Source: Acutalibacteraceae bacterium (lineage in GTDB: Bacteria > Bacillota > Clostridia > Oscillospirales > Acutalibacteraceae). Taken from it: 64,000 nucleotides of DNA. Shown here in pieces: positions 27,669 to 37,256 of the stretch (position 1 is the stretch's first letter; each line of letters begins with the position of its first letter). The DNA is taken from the NCBI GenBank assembly GCA_045605025.1, contig JAZUPE010000017.1, positions 1,867 to 65,866 of the forward strand, read 5' to 3'. The notes below the pieces were generated by a model, which saw nothing but the letters and a program-made list of their open reading frames with translations, had not been told where the DNA came from and made no database searches. A program made the position numbers and the translations under genes.

Positions 27669-28742
27669 ATGAAAATGGTTTTCAGATGGTTTCCGGGCGG
27701 TGACGACAGCGTCACGCTGGAACAGATACGACAGATTCCCGGAGTATCCGGCGTGGCGGCGTGTATGCCGCAGGTGCCCGTGGGGGAAATCTGGCAGCCG
27801 GAGGATATCCGGTTCATGCGCCGCCAGATAAATGACCACGGACTTGAGATGGAAGTGATCGAGAGCGTTAATATCCACGAGGATATCAAGAAAGGTCTTC
27901 CCTCACGCAATCGGCTTATCGAAAACTACATAACCACAGTAAAGAATCTCCACGATGAGGGAGTAAAGTGCATCTGCTATAATTTCATGCCGGTCATGGA
28001 CTGGGCGCGCAGCGATCTGGCGCTTCCACTTGAGGACGGAAGCACGGTGATGGCTTATTGCCACGCAGAACTTACCGGCATGGATCCTGTATCCATCGGC
28101 AGCAGCATGCACGGTGAATCGGAAGGCTTTTCGCTGCCAGGCTGGGAGCCGGAGCGTATGCCGCTTATGACGGCTGATATTGGTTTCTACAGGCAGATGC
28201 CCGTTGATCAGTACTGGGAGAATATCAGGTATTTCCTTGACGCGCTTATGCCTTATGCGGAAATGTATGACATGAATTTTGCCATTCATCCCGATGATCC
28301 GCCATGGCAGCTTTTCGGACTGCCGAAGGTTATCACAGGTGCGGATACCATCAGGAAATTCCTCGCTCTGAATGACAGCAGACGTAACGGATTGACGCTG
28401 TGTACCGGCAGTCTGGGGGTGAATCCGGATAATGATATTCCCGCCATGCTGAGGGAGTTTACGTCACAGGGCAGAGTACACTTTGCCCATCTGCGCAACA
28501 TCAGAAGAACCTCTGGTCGTGATTTCCACGAAACCGCTCATCTGAGCGGCTGCGGCGATCTTGATATGTTTGAGATCGTGCGCGCGCTGCATGACAGCGG
28601 CTTTGACGGATACATCCGTCCGGACCACGGCAGAATGATATGGGGGGAGAGAGCACGTCCGGGATACGGCATTTACGACCGTGCGCTGGGTGTGCAGTAT
28701 CTCCTCGGTTTGTGGGAGGCCTGCGAAAAGCATTCCGGCTGA
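27669..28742 (+). CDS. uxuA: mannonate dehydratase
   Basis: 'FRWFPGGDDSVTLEQIRQIPG', 'ESVNIHEDIK', 'CYNFMPVMDWARSDL' closely match UxuA. AGGTGA SD upstream. Confidence 0.9.
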   Translation: MKMVFRWFPGGDDSVTLEQIRQIPGVSGVAACMPQVPVGEIWQPEDIRFMRRQINDHGLEMEVIESVNIHEDIKKGLPSRNRLIENYITTVKNLHDEGVKCICYNFMPVMDWARSDLALPLEDGSTVMAYCHAELTGMDPVSIGSSMHGESEGFSLPGWEPERMPLMTADIGFYRQMPVDQYWENIRYFLDALMPYAEMYDMNFAIHPDDPPWQLFGLPKVITGADTIRKFLALNDSRRNGLTLCTGSLGVNPDNDIPAMLREFTSQGRVHFAHLRNIRRTSGRDFHETAHLSGCGDLDMFEIVRALHDSGFDGYIRPDHGRMIWGERARPGYGIYDRALGVQYLLGLWEACEKHSG

Positions 28743-28805
28743 AGATGATTCGTTGTCAGCTTTGAAAATACGGGAGACTTTACGCTGCCGGTAAAGGAGG
28801 AAAAT

Positions 28806-30461
28806 ATGGAACGCAAACGCTGGTACAAGGACATGGTGTTCTACCAGATTTGGCCGCGCAGCTTCAAGGACGGCGACGGCGACGGTATGGGCGATCTGTG
28901 GGGCGTGCTGGAAAAGCTGGACTACATAAAATCGCTGGGCTGTGACGGTATCTGGTTTTCTCCGATATATCCCTCGCCCGGTGCCGACTGCGGCTACGAT
29001 ATCGCGGATTATATGGATATCGCACCGGAATTCGGCGGCATGGAGGCGTTCAGAAAGATTCTGGATGGCGTTCATGCACGGGGAATGAAGCTGCTGATGG
29101 ATCTTGTGGTCAACCACACAAGTGACGAGCATGAGTGGTTTCAGAAGAGCCGTCAGAGAATAGAACCGTATACGGACTATTATATCTGGCGTCCGGCAAA
29201 GCCTGACGGGAAGCTGCCCAATAACTGGGACAGCAACTTTGAGGGAAAGGCGTGGACGTGGGATGAGGTGCGCGGCGAGTATTATCTGCATCTCTTTGCC
29301 GTCAAGCAGCCTGATCTCAACATGGACAACCCCCTCGTACGTGAGGAGGTAAAAAAGATTCTCCGGTTCTGGCTGGATATGGGAGTGGACGGCTTTCGCG
29401 AGGATGTCATCACCTATATCTCCAAAGCCGAAGGGCTGCCGGATGATCACCTTTTTCCGATATACAAGGGAATGCCAAAATACAATCACGGACCGCACAT
29501 CCACGAATATCTGGCCGAGTTCAAGCGTGATGTGTTCGATCATTACGACTGCTTCACGCTGGCGGAAGCACCGCTGGTGTGGCCAAAGCGCGCGCTGAGG
29601 TATATCGATGAGCACAGTGGACAGATCGACATGATGATCCAGTTCCAGTGCCAGACTGCCGATTGCCTGTTCACCGATTATCTGCCCACAAAGTTCCATC
29701 TGCGCAAGATGAAGAAGGCATTTTCCGACTGGCAGTACCGGCTGGAGGGCAGGGCGTGGAATATGCTTTATCTTGAGAATCACGATCACCCGCGGATTAT
29801 TTCCCGCTACGGCAGCGAGGAATACAGGGAAGAAAGCGGCAAATCGCTGGCGGTCTCCTATCTTTTCCAGAAAGGCACACCCTTCCTCTATCAGGGGCAG
29901 GAGATCGGCATGATCAACTGGCGTCCGGAATCAGCGGATATGTACGAGGACGTGCAGACCAGGTATAACTACGAGCACAGCAATCTCAATAAACCGCCGG
30001 AGGTCAGGCTGAAGAAGATGTGGCGATCATCGCGCGACTCGGCGCGCACTCCGGTTCAGTGGGACAACAGCGAAAACGCCGGCTTCACAACCGGAACGCC
30101 CTGGTTCTATGTCAACGATAACTACAGGAAGATCAACGTCGCCGCTCAGGAGCGTGATCCCGATTCGCTGCTCAACTTCTACCGCAAGGCAATCGCGTTG
30201 AGAAAATCGCTTGACGTTGTGCGTCACGGAACCTATCGTGAGCATTTCCATTCAAGCTCGAAGCTGTATGTCTACAGCCGCAGAATGAAGGGGCAGAAGT
30301 TGCTGGTGATATGCTCTTTTGCTGGTCGCAATGTAAAAATGAAAGTGCCTGCGGGCTTTGATTTGAAGAAGGCGAAGCTGGTGCTGCAGAGCCGTAAAGA
30401 CGCTGATTCAGCGGTGCTTACACCCTATGAAACAAGGGTTTACCTCTGGGAGCAGCCCTGA
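28806..30461 (+). CDS. GH13 alpha-glucosidase / oligo-1,6-glucosidase
   Basis: 'WYKDMVFYQIWPRSFKDGDGDGMGDL', 'DLVVNHTSDEH', 'GFREDVI', 'ENHDHPR' are the GH13 conserved regions I-IV. Confidence 0.9.
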   Translation: MERKRWYKDMVFYQIWPRSFKDGDGDGMGDLWGVLEKLDYIKSLGCDGIWFSPIYPSPGADCGYDIADYMDIAPEFGGMEAFRKILDGVHARGMKLLMDLVVNHTSDEHEWFQKSRQRIEPYTDYYIWRPAKPDGKLPNNWDSNFEGKAWTWDEVRGEYYLHLFAVKQPDLNMDNPLVREEVKKILRFWLDMGVDGFREDVITYISKAEGLPDDHLFPIYKGMPKYNHGPHIHEYLAEFKRDVFDHYDCFTLAEAPLVWPKRALRYIDEHSGQIDMMIQFQCQTADCLFTDYLPTKFHLRKMKKAFSDWQYRLEGRAWNMLYLENHDHPRIISRYGSEEYREESGKSLAVSYLFQKGTPFLYQGQEIGMINWRPESADMYEDVQTRYNYEHSNLNKPPEVRLKKMWRSSRDSARTPVQWDNSENAGFTTGTPWFYVNDNYRKINVAAQERDPDSLLNFYRKAIALRKSLDVVRHGTYREHFHSSSKLYVYSRRMKGQKLLVICSFAGRNVKMKVPAGFDLKKAKLVLQSRKDADSAVLTPYETRVYLWEQP

Positions 30462-30609
30462 AAAATATGCAATATACCGAAAAAATCCGCAATTCAATGC
30501 TTTCAATGACTGAATTGGAGAAAATTAAAAAATCACTTGTAAATGCCCGCCCATTATAGTAAAATAAACGGGAATTTATTCTATTTTTTTCTTGAGGAGG
30601 AAAAATCAC

Positions 30610-31566
30610 ATGAAAAGACTTCTTGCTATCCTGCTTGCTCTGACCATGCTGGTCGGACTGTGCGCCTGTGCAGGTGCCGGCACCACTCTGACCATGGGCA
30701 CCGGCGGTACTTCCGGTACCTACTACGGTTACGGCGGAGTTCTCGGCCAGTACATCAAGAACAACGCAGGCATCAACGTAGTCGTCGTTTCCACCGACGG
30801 TTCCAAGGCAAACATCCAGGGTATCGCTGCCGGTAACTCCCAGCTCGGTACTGTTCAGTCCGACGTTATGTCCTACGCATGGGACGGCACCCGTTCCTTC
30901 GAAGCTGAGGGCAAGGTTGACTCTTTCCGCACCGTTGCCGGTCTCTATGCTGAGTCCGTACAGCTGGTCACCATGGATCCCGAAATCAAGTCTGTTGCCG
31001 ATCTGGCTGGCAAGACTGTTTCCATTGGTGCTCCCGGTTCCGGCGTTTACTTCAACGCTATCGATGTTCTGACCGCCGGTGGTCTGACCGAGAACGACAT
31101 CAACGCTCAGTATCAGTCCTTTGCTGACAGCGCTGACGCTCTGAAGGACGGCAAGATCGACGCTGCTTTCATCGTTGCCGGTGCTCCCACTCCCGCTATC
31201 ACTGAGCTGTGCACCACCAACAGCGCTTACCTCGTTCCCATCGACGGTGAGGTTGCAGACAAGCTGATGGCTGACTGCCCCTTCTACACTGTTTACACCG
31301 TTCCCGCCGGCACCTATCCCGGTCAGGAAGCTGATGTCAACACTGTTACCGTTAAGGCTACTCTGATCGTCAGCGCTTCCGCTTCCGAGGAAGATGTTTA
31401 CAAGCTGACTTCCGCTATCTTCGAGAACATCGACGCCATCACCAAGGAGAATGCCAAGGGCGCCGAGCTCAGCCTCGAGAATGCTACCGAGGGTCTGACT
31501 GTTCCTTTCCATGCAGGTGCTGCCAAGTACTTCAAGGAGAAGGGCATCGAGGTTGCGGTTGACTAA
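30610..31566 (+). CDS. TAXI-family TRAP transporter solute-binding lipoprotein
   Basis: Lipobox 'LVGLCAC'. 'TMGTGGTSGTYYGYGGVL' is the TAXI hallmark. GAGGAGGA SD upstream. Confidence 0.9.
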   Translation: MKRLLAILLALTMLVGLCACAGAGTTLTMGTGGTSGTYYGYGGVLGQYIKNNAGINVVVVSTDGSKANIQGIAAGNSQLGTVQSDVMSYAWDGTRSFEAEGKVDSFRTVAGLYAESVQLVTMDPEIKSVADLAGKTVSIGAPGSGVYFNAIDVLTAGGLTENDINAQYQSFADSADALKDGKIDAAFIVAGAPTPAITELCTTNSAYLVPIDGEVADKLMADCPFYTVYTVPAGTYPGQEADVNTVTVKATLIVSASASEEDVYKLTSAIFENIDAITKENAKGAELSLENATEGLTVPFHAGAAKYFKEKGIEVAVD

Positions 31567-31642
31567 GCTGCATCAGTCATAACTACAATGGCTGCGGCGT
31601 TCTCCGTCGCAGCCATTCAAATTATTCGGAGGAGGAATTACA

Positions 31643-33613
31643 TTGTTGTTTTTCAAGAAAAAACCTGCAGAGCCTCAGGCTCCAATGGATCTTGATGCAG
31701 TAATGAAGAAATTCGACAGAGAATCCAACACCCGTATATGGGAAGGCAAGGCCAGGATTGTTGTCTCTGCTATTCTGGCTGTCTTTTCTCTGTTCTGTCT
31801 GTATGTTACCCTCTTTGCCACATGGCTTGAGGAGTATCGTCTGACTTCGTTCGTCGCCTTTATCATTCTGCTGGGATACCTTGTTTTCCCCGTAAAAAAA
31901 GGTGTTCAGAGGGTCAATCACATTCCCTGGTATGACATCGTCGCTATGGTCGGCGGTGTTGGCGCTTTCCTTTATTACACCATCAACGCCAAGTCCATCA
32001 TCCAGCAGGGTGCTGTTTTTGAATGGTACCAGATCGTCATCGGCATCATTGGTATTCTCTCTATCGTTGAGGTTTGCCGCCGCAGCGTCGGTCTGCCCAT
32101 CATCATTGTTGCCGGCTGCTTTGTTGCATACGCTCTGATCTGGGGTCTGTCCAATCCCAGTCTGTGGGGCAGAACCAACTACGTTGTCCAGTATCTGTTC
32201 TACAGCAAGGAAGGCATCATGTCCACTCCCATCAACGTGTGCTCCAAGTTTATCGTAGTGTTCATCATCTTCGGCGCGTTCCTTGAGCGTTCCGGTATCG
32301 GTGATTTCTTCATCAATATTTCCAATTCCATTGTCGGCGGCTTCTCCGGCGGTCCTGCAAAGGTTGCCGTTATCGCCAGCGCCCTCGAGGGCATGGCTTC
32401 CGGCTCCTCCGTTGCCAACACTGTCGGCTCCGGTTCGGTTACCATTCCTCTGATGAAGAAGACCGGCTACAAGCCCGAGTTTGCCGCTGCCGCTGAGGCC
32501 TCCGCCTCCACCGGCGGACAGATCATGCCCCCGATCATGGGTGCTGCCGCGTTCCTTATGGCAGACTTTGTCGGCGTTCCCTACAGCAATATCGTTGTGC
32601 GCGCCATTCTGCCCGCAGTGCTCTACTTCCTGGGCATCTTCATCACCGTTCACCTCGAGGCCAAAAAGGAAGGTCTGCGCGGTCTGACCAGAGAAGAGCT
32701 TCCCCGTGTGATTCCTCTGCTGAAGAAGACCTATCTGCTTCTGCCTCTGTTCATTCTCATCTATCTGGTCGCTACAAGCACCCGTTCCATCGCTTATGCT
32801 GCGGCTATCGCCATCGTAGCGGTTATCGTTGTCAGCATGCTCAGCAAAGAACACCGCATGACTCCCAAGCGCATCTTTGAGGCTCTTGCTTCCGGCGCTC
32901 AGGGCATGATTTCCGTTGCTGCCGCCTGCGGCGTCGCCGGTATCATCGCCGGTACCATCACCATGACCGGCCTTGCCAACCTGCTCTTCAACGGCATCGT
33001 TGCTCTGGCTGGCGATCAGGTTATCATCGCTCTGTTCCTGACCATGCTGTGCTGCATTGTTCTGGGCATGGGCGTTCCCACCACCGCAAACTACTGCATC
33101 ATGGCAGCGACCTGCGCACCCATTCTTGTGCGTATGGGTGTTCCTGACATCGCCGCCCACTTCTTCGTATTCTACTTCGGCATCGTTGCCGACCTGACTC
33201 CTCCTGTTGCTCTGGCTGCCTATGCCGGCGCGGCAATTGCTCAGGCGAATCCGATGAAGACGGCGCTTACGTCTACCAAGCTTGCCATCGGCGCGTTCAT
33301 CGTTCCTTACATCTTTGCGCTTAATCCCGCAATGCTGTTTGTCGACACTACTGTTCCCGAGGTTATCCTCATCGTTATTACTTCCGTCGTAGGTATGTTC
33401 GCGATTTCCGCTGCTCTCGAGGGATACATATTCGGTCACATGAAGTGGTTTGAGCGCATCCTGAGCATCATCGGCGGTCTGCTGCTTATCTACCCCGGTA
33501 TCGTTACCGATCTGATTGGCGTGGCTCTGGTCGGCGTAGTGCTCACTTACCACTGGATCACCAACAGAAAGAACAAGAATTTCCCCGAGTCCAAGCTTCC
33601 TGTAACTGAATAA
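31643..33613 (+). CDS. TRAP transporter fused permease (TAXI-associated, DctQ/DctM-like)
   Basis: 656 aa, polytopic. TTG start 6 nt after GGAGGAGG. Immediately follows the TAXI receptor gene. Confidence 0.9.
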   Translation: MLFFKKKPAEPQAPMDLDAVMKKFDRESNTRIWEGKARIVVSAILAVFSLFCLYVTLFATWLEEYRLTSFVAFIILLGYLVFPVKKGVQRVNHIPWYDIVAMVGGVGAFLYYTINAKSIIQQGAVFEWYQIVIGIIGILSIVEVCRRSVGLPIIIVAGCFVAYALIWGLSNPSLWGRTNYVVQYLFYSKEGIMSTPINVCSKFIVVFIIFGAFLERSGIGDFFINISNSIVGGFSGGPAKVAVIASALEGMASGSSVANTVGSGSVTIPLMKKTGYKPEFAAAAEASASTGGQIMPPIMGAAAFLMADFVGVPYSNIVVRAILPAVLYFLGIFITVHLEAKKEGLRGLTREELPRVIPLLKKTYLLLPLFILIYLVATSTRSIAYAAAIAIVAVIVVSMLSKEHRMTPKRIFEALASGAQGMISVAAACGVAGIIAGTITMTGLANLLFNGIVALAGDQVIIALFLTMLCCIVLGMGVPTTANYCIMAATCAPILVRMGVPDIAAHFFVFYFGIVADLTPPVALAAYAGAAIAQANPMKTALTSTKLAIGAFIVPYIFALNPAMLFVDTTVPEVILIVITSVVGMFAISAALEGYIFGHMKWFERILSIIGGLLLIYPGIVTDLIGVALVGVVLTYHWITNRKNKNFPESKLPVTE

Positions 33614-33640
33614 CAGCGAAGTTAATTGAAAGTCCCGTCG

Positions 33641-33686
33641 CATCCCGAAGAGGCGTGAAAAATTCGCCTTTTCGGGATGTTTTTTA
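33641..33686 (+). terminator. rho-independent terminator of the TRAP operon
   Basis: 15-bp stem CATCCCGAAGAGGCG / CGCCTTTTCGGGATG (1 mismatch), followed by TTTTTTATTTT. Confidence 0.8.
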
Positions 33687-33716
33687 TTTTCTCAATAAAA
33701 GATAGCCGCAATTCCG

Positions 33717-33745
33717 TTGACAAAGCAACAGCAGGATTCTTATAA
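33717..33745 (+). promoter_or_regulatory. consensus sigma-A promoter of the diguanylate cyclase gene
   Basis: TTGACA-17 nt-TATAAT. Confidence 0.6.
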
Positions 33746-33807
33746 TATATAGACAGGCTGATTACAGCGTGTGAATCATTTTCTGAATAAGCAAGGGATA
33801 TTGTTCT

Positions 33808-35754
33808 ATGAAGTTCTCTGAAAAGGCTGCAGGAGACCGTTCTGTTTTGCGGATTCTGGCGACGATATTCATACTTGTTGTGACCATTGCGCTTTCGGTT
33901 GCTGCATATGTTTCCATCTGGGAAAGCGAGAAGGAGCACTGCGGGCATACGCTCGCGTCATCATCACAGAGCATAAGCAAGGAGATTGTAACCCGGCTGA
34001 AGGATAACGGGAACATTCTTCAGCTGGCGGCCGGCGCACTGCTGGAAGGTGACAGCTACAGTTCTCCGGAAGATATCATCAATCACGTCAACAAGTATCT
34101 CGATCTGACAATCTTCAGCAGGATTGACATTCTGTTCCCGGATAATATGATTCTGCTGCACGACGGAAGAACAATCGACGGCAGCGGACTGGTGTCGTCT
34201 TTTGATGATATTTTCAATCAGGGATATCATATTTCCGCAAGGTCTGAGGATTTCATCACCGGCAGACCGGTTGTTTATTGCGACGTGCCTGTTGAGAATA
34301 AAGGCGTGCCTGTGGCGGTTATGGTAGGCGTAATTGACTGCGGAAAGCTTCCTGAATATTTCAGCACCACCGTTTATGGCGGAGAGGCAGACTGCATGCT
34401 GGTGGACAGACGCGACGGCTGCATTATCATGGACACCATGCAGCAGGAGTTAAGCAACTTCTATGATTACACGGAAATCGAAACTCAGGCAGGCTATCAG
34501 AACGTGGATCTTATTGAGAGCGTCCGTGAAGCCGAAACCGGATTCTTTGCCTACAAATCTCCAAGAAACGGGAATAATTCCTTTATGTTCTATGCGCCGG
34601 TGGAGGGCTACAACTGGCAGATTCTGGTGCTGGTCAGCGAAGAACTTGCTTTTGCCGGTCTGGGCCTGCTGCGCAATTCGCTTTCATGGGTCGCGGTGAT
34701 TGAGTGCGTGCTCATCCTTCTCTTCGTTCTGCTTAATTTCCATTCCAACAGTCAGGCGTACAAAAACAAGGCCGAAGCAGAGTATCAGCTGCATAAGTCA
34801 AACGTGCTTATTGAATGCGTCACCGAACTGTCGTCCAACGACAATATCGACAGCGCCATAAACAATCTGCTGGCAACGGTTAACCGCTATTTCGATGGTG
34901 ACAGAACCTATCTTTTTGACATCAATTATGAGGAGCAGACAACCAACAATCTCTATGAATTTGCGGCTGAGGGAGTTACAGCGGAGATAGATAATCTGCA
35001 GAATGTTCCCATCAGCTCGATTGAGAACTGGATTGAGGAATTCAAACATTCAGGCATATTCTACATATCCGACATCGACCGTGATGTCGTACGCAATACC
35101 AACACCTACGAGATTCTCGCGGCGCAGAACATCAGCAGCCTGATAGCGGTTCCCCTCAAGCGAAGCGATCTGATTATCGGATTCATGGGTGTGGATAACC
35201 CTAAAGCCAATTACGGCGATCTTACTCTTCTGTCGTCGGTGCAGTTCTTCATTACCGAGGCCATGGAGCGCAAAAACGCAAGAGAAGCTCTTACTCACAT
35301 GAGCTATACTGACACCCTCACACGGCTGCACAACCGCAACAAATTCAATCATGTCTGCGATGAGTACTACAGATATCCACCGTACAGAGTTGGAGTGGCC
35401 TTCTTTGATCTTGACGGGCTCAAACATGTCAACGACACTCAGGGACACGATGCGGGCGACGTGCTGATAACCAGCACAGCGGACAATATCCGCAGCGTGT
35501 TCAGCGGCAATTCCTACCGCATCGGCGGCGACGAGTTCGCGGTCATTCTGCCAGAGGTGGATAAGGGCGAGTTCGAGCGGCAGGTCAGCGAAGTGCGCGC
35601 GCTTATGGAAAAGAACGGCATAAGCGTGGCTATCGGTACTTCGTGGAGAGAGGTCGGAATCAATCTCAAGGTTCAGCTCAAGGAGGCTGACCAGATGATG
35701 TATGTGGAAAAGGCCGAGCACCGCCGCATTCTTGCTGAGAAAAACAAGAAATAA
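33808..35754 (+). CDS. membrane sensor diguanylate cyclase (TM - Cache-like - TM - GAF-like - GGDEF)
   Basis: Active site 'YRIGGDEF'. 'LTRLHNRNKF', 'FFDLDGLKHVNDTQGHDAGD'. Two TM helices flank a domain of about 260 aa. Confidence 0.9.
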   Translation: MKFSEKAAGDRSVLRILATIFILVVTIALSVAAYVSIWESEKEHCGHTLASSSQSISKEIVTRLKDNGNILQLAAGALLEGDSYSSPEDIINHVNKYLDLTIFSRIDILFPDNMILLHDGRTIDGSGLVSSFDDIFNQGYHISARSEDFITGRPVVYCDVPVENKGVPVAVMVGVIDCGKLPEYFSTTVYGGEADCMLVDRRDGCIIMDTMQQELSNFYDYTEIETQAGYQNVDLIESVREAETGFFAYKSPRNGNNSFMFYAPVEGYNWQILVLVSEELAFAGLGLLRNSLSWVAVIECVLILLFVLLNFHSNSQAYKNKAEAEYQLHKSNVLIECVTELSSNDNIDSAINNLLATVNRYFDGDRTYLFDINYEEQTTNNLYEFAAEGVTAEIDNLQNVPISSIENWIEEFKHSGIFYISDIDRDVVRNTNTYEILAAQNISSLIAVPLKRSDLIIGFMGVDNPKANYGDLTLLSSVQFFITEAMERKNAREALTHMSYTDTLTRLHNRNKFNHVCDEYYRYPPYRVGVAFFDLDGLKHVNDTQGHDAGDVLITSTADNIRSVFSGNSYRIGGDEFAVILPEVDKGEFERQVSEVRALMEKNGISVAIGTSWREVGINLKVQLKEADQMMYVEKAEHRRILAEKNKK

Positions 35755-35761
35755 CGCACCA

Positions 35762-35798
35762 TGGACTGCCGCGGTTTTCGTCTGCGGCAGTCCGTTTT
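35762..35798 (+). terminator. rho-independent terminator
   Basis: Stem GGACTGCCGC / GCGGCAGTCC, followed by GTTTTA. Confidence 0.75.
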
Positions 35799-35885
35799 AC
35801 ATTGCGTTGATTGCCGGACGGTATAGACCGTTTGCCCTGTGACAGCGCGGTTTTTGTGGTATGATATTCAGTTTTTGCGGTATGG

Positions 35886-35914
35886 TTGACAAGGTTTTAT
35901 GCCGGTGATATGAT
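35886..35914 (+). promoter_or_regulatory. sigma-A promoter of the AKR gene
   Basis: TTGACA-17 nt-TATGAT. Confidence 0.6.
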
Positions 35915-35948
35915 GGTCGCAGAGCATAATTGAAAGGACGAAGATATA

Positions 35949-37067
35949 ATGAGCAACAAAACTCCTCAGCTGGGATTCGGACTCATGCGTCTGCCTGAGA
36001 TTGACGGCGTTATTGACATCGAAACCGTTCGTTCCATGGTGGACAGCTTCATGTCCAGCGGATTTACATATTTTGACACCGCCTACGTCTATCACGGCGG
36101 CAGATCGGAATCGGTTGTGAAGGACGCTCTTGTGGGCAGATATCCCCGTGAGGCTTACACCGTCGCCACCAAGCTGCCAGCGTGGGCAATCAAGTGCGAG
36201 GAGGACCGCGACCGTATCCTCAACGAGCAGCTGGAACGCGCCGGAGTGGAATACTTCGATTATTATCTGCTGCACAGCCTAGAGGACGGCGGCAACTACA
36301 ACGCCTATGAGCAGTACGACTGCTTCAACTGGGGGCTTGCAAAAAAAGCGGAGGGAAAGATCAGACGATTTGGCTTTTCATACCACGGAACTCCCGAATT
36401 GCTTGTAAAGGTGCTCGACTTGCATCCCGAAATTGAGTTTGTTCAGATTCAGCTCAACTATGCCGACTGGGACAACGCCATCGTACATTCCGGCAAACTT
36501 TATGAGATTCTGCGCGAGCGCAATATTCCAATCATCGTCATGGAGCCGGTCAAGGGCGGTACTCTTGCCAATGTGGACGATGACGTAATGGAGCTGTTCA
36601 ATCAGGCACGCCCGGGAAAATCCGCCGCGTCATGGGCGATGCGCTATGTGGCAAGCCTTGAGGGAATTGATGTGATCCTCAGCGGCATGTCAAATCCGAA
36701 ACAGATGACTGACAACCTCGATACCTTTACAAACTTTGAGCCGCTGACCGACGGCGACCGTGCCGTTCTGGAGCAGGTCAAGCAGAAGATGCTGGCTGTG
36801 CCTCTGATTCAGTGCACCTCCTGCCGCTACTGCACCGACGGATGCCCTGCCGGAATCAGAATTCCCGATGTGTTCAGCGCGGTCAATACCCTGCGCAAAT
36901 TTCCCACTGATAACCGTCCCCACTTCTTCTACGGCGGACTTACCGCGGAGAGCGGAAAGGCTTCCGATTGCGTGGGCTGCGGACAGTGCGAGTCGGTGTG
37001 CCCCCAGCATCTGCCCATCGTTGAACTGCTGAAGGAAGCCGCCGAAAAGCTGGACAACCGCGACTGA
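35949..37067 (+). CDS. aldo/keto reductase with a C-terminal 2x[4Fe-4S] ferredoxin-like domain
   Basis: 'GFGLMRLP', 'FDTAYVYHGGRSE' (AKR). Cys clusters 'CTSCRYCTDGCP' and 'CVGCGQCESVCP'. Confidence 0.85.
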   Translation: MSNKTPQLGFGLMRLPEIDGVIDIETVRSMVDSFMSSGFTYFDTAYVYHGGRSESVVKDALVGRYPREAYTVATKLPAWAIKCEEDRDRILNEQLERAGVEYFDYYLLHSLEDGGNYNAYEQYDCFNWGLAKKAEGKIRRFGFSYHGTPELLVKVLDLHPEIEFVQIQLNYADWDNAIVHSGKLYEILRERNIPIIVMEPVKGGTLANVDDDVMELFNQARPGKSAASWAMRYVASLEGIDVILSGMSNPKQMTDNLDTFTNFEPLTDGDRAVLEQVKQKMLAVPLIQCTSCRYCTDGCPAGIRIPDVFSAVNTLRKFPTDNRPHFFYGGLTAESGKASDCVGCGQCESVCPQHLPIVELLKEAAEKLDNRD

Positions 37068-37105
37068 GCCGGCTGAAGTTCCTCAATGAGAAAAAATGAT
37101 TCCGG

Positions 37106-37138
37106 AGCCTCTCCTGTGTATCGGGGGAGGCTTTTTTC
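37106..37138 (+). terminator. rho-independent terminator
   Basis: 9-bp stem AGCCTCTCC / GGGGAGGCT (one G-U pair), followed by T6. Confidence 0.8.
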
Positions 37139-37220
37139 TGTCACCTGTTCGTAGTCTGTGCGTAAAATGATAGCAAGGCGCTCCTGTGTTAAAGGGCGTC
37201 AGACAGACGACGGAGGTGCA

Positions 37221-37256
37221 ATGCCGGTGATGCGGACCGGTATAGACATATTATGA
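37221..37256 (+). other. 11-codon upstream mini-ORF (MPVMRTGIDIL) translationally coupled to feoA
   Basis: GGAGGTG SD 4 nt upstream of ATG 37221. Its TGA (37254-56) overlaps the feoA ATG (37253-55) as ATGA. feoA has no SD of its own. Confidence 0.35.

Noticed and set aside
28464-33643. Minus-strand ORFs 28464-29789 (441 aa), 30418-31512 (364 aa) and 31622-33643 (673 aa)
   Set aside because: They are antisense to the GH13, TAXI and TRAP permease genes, which have strong family signatures. The minus-strand products are compositionally biased and have no start context.
37140-37220. Fur box upstream of feoA
   Set aside because: Only a short 'AAATGATAGCA' fragment resembles the GATAATGATAATCATTATC consensus. 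That is too weak to call.
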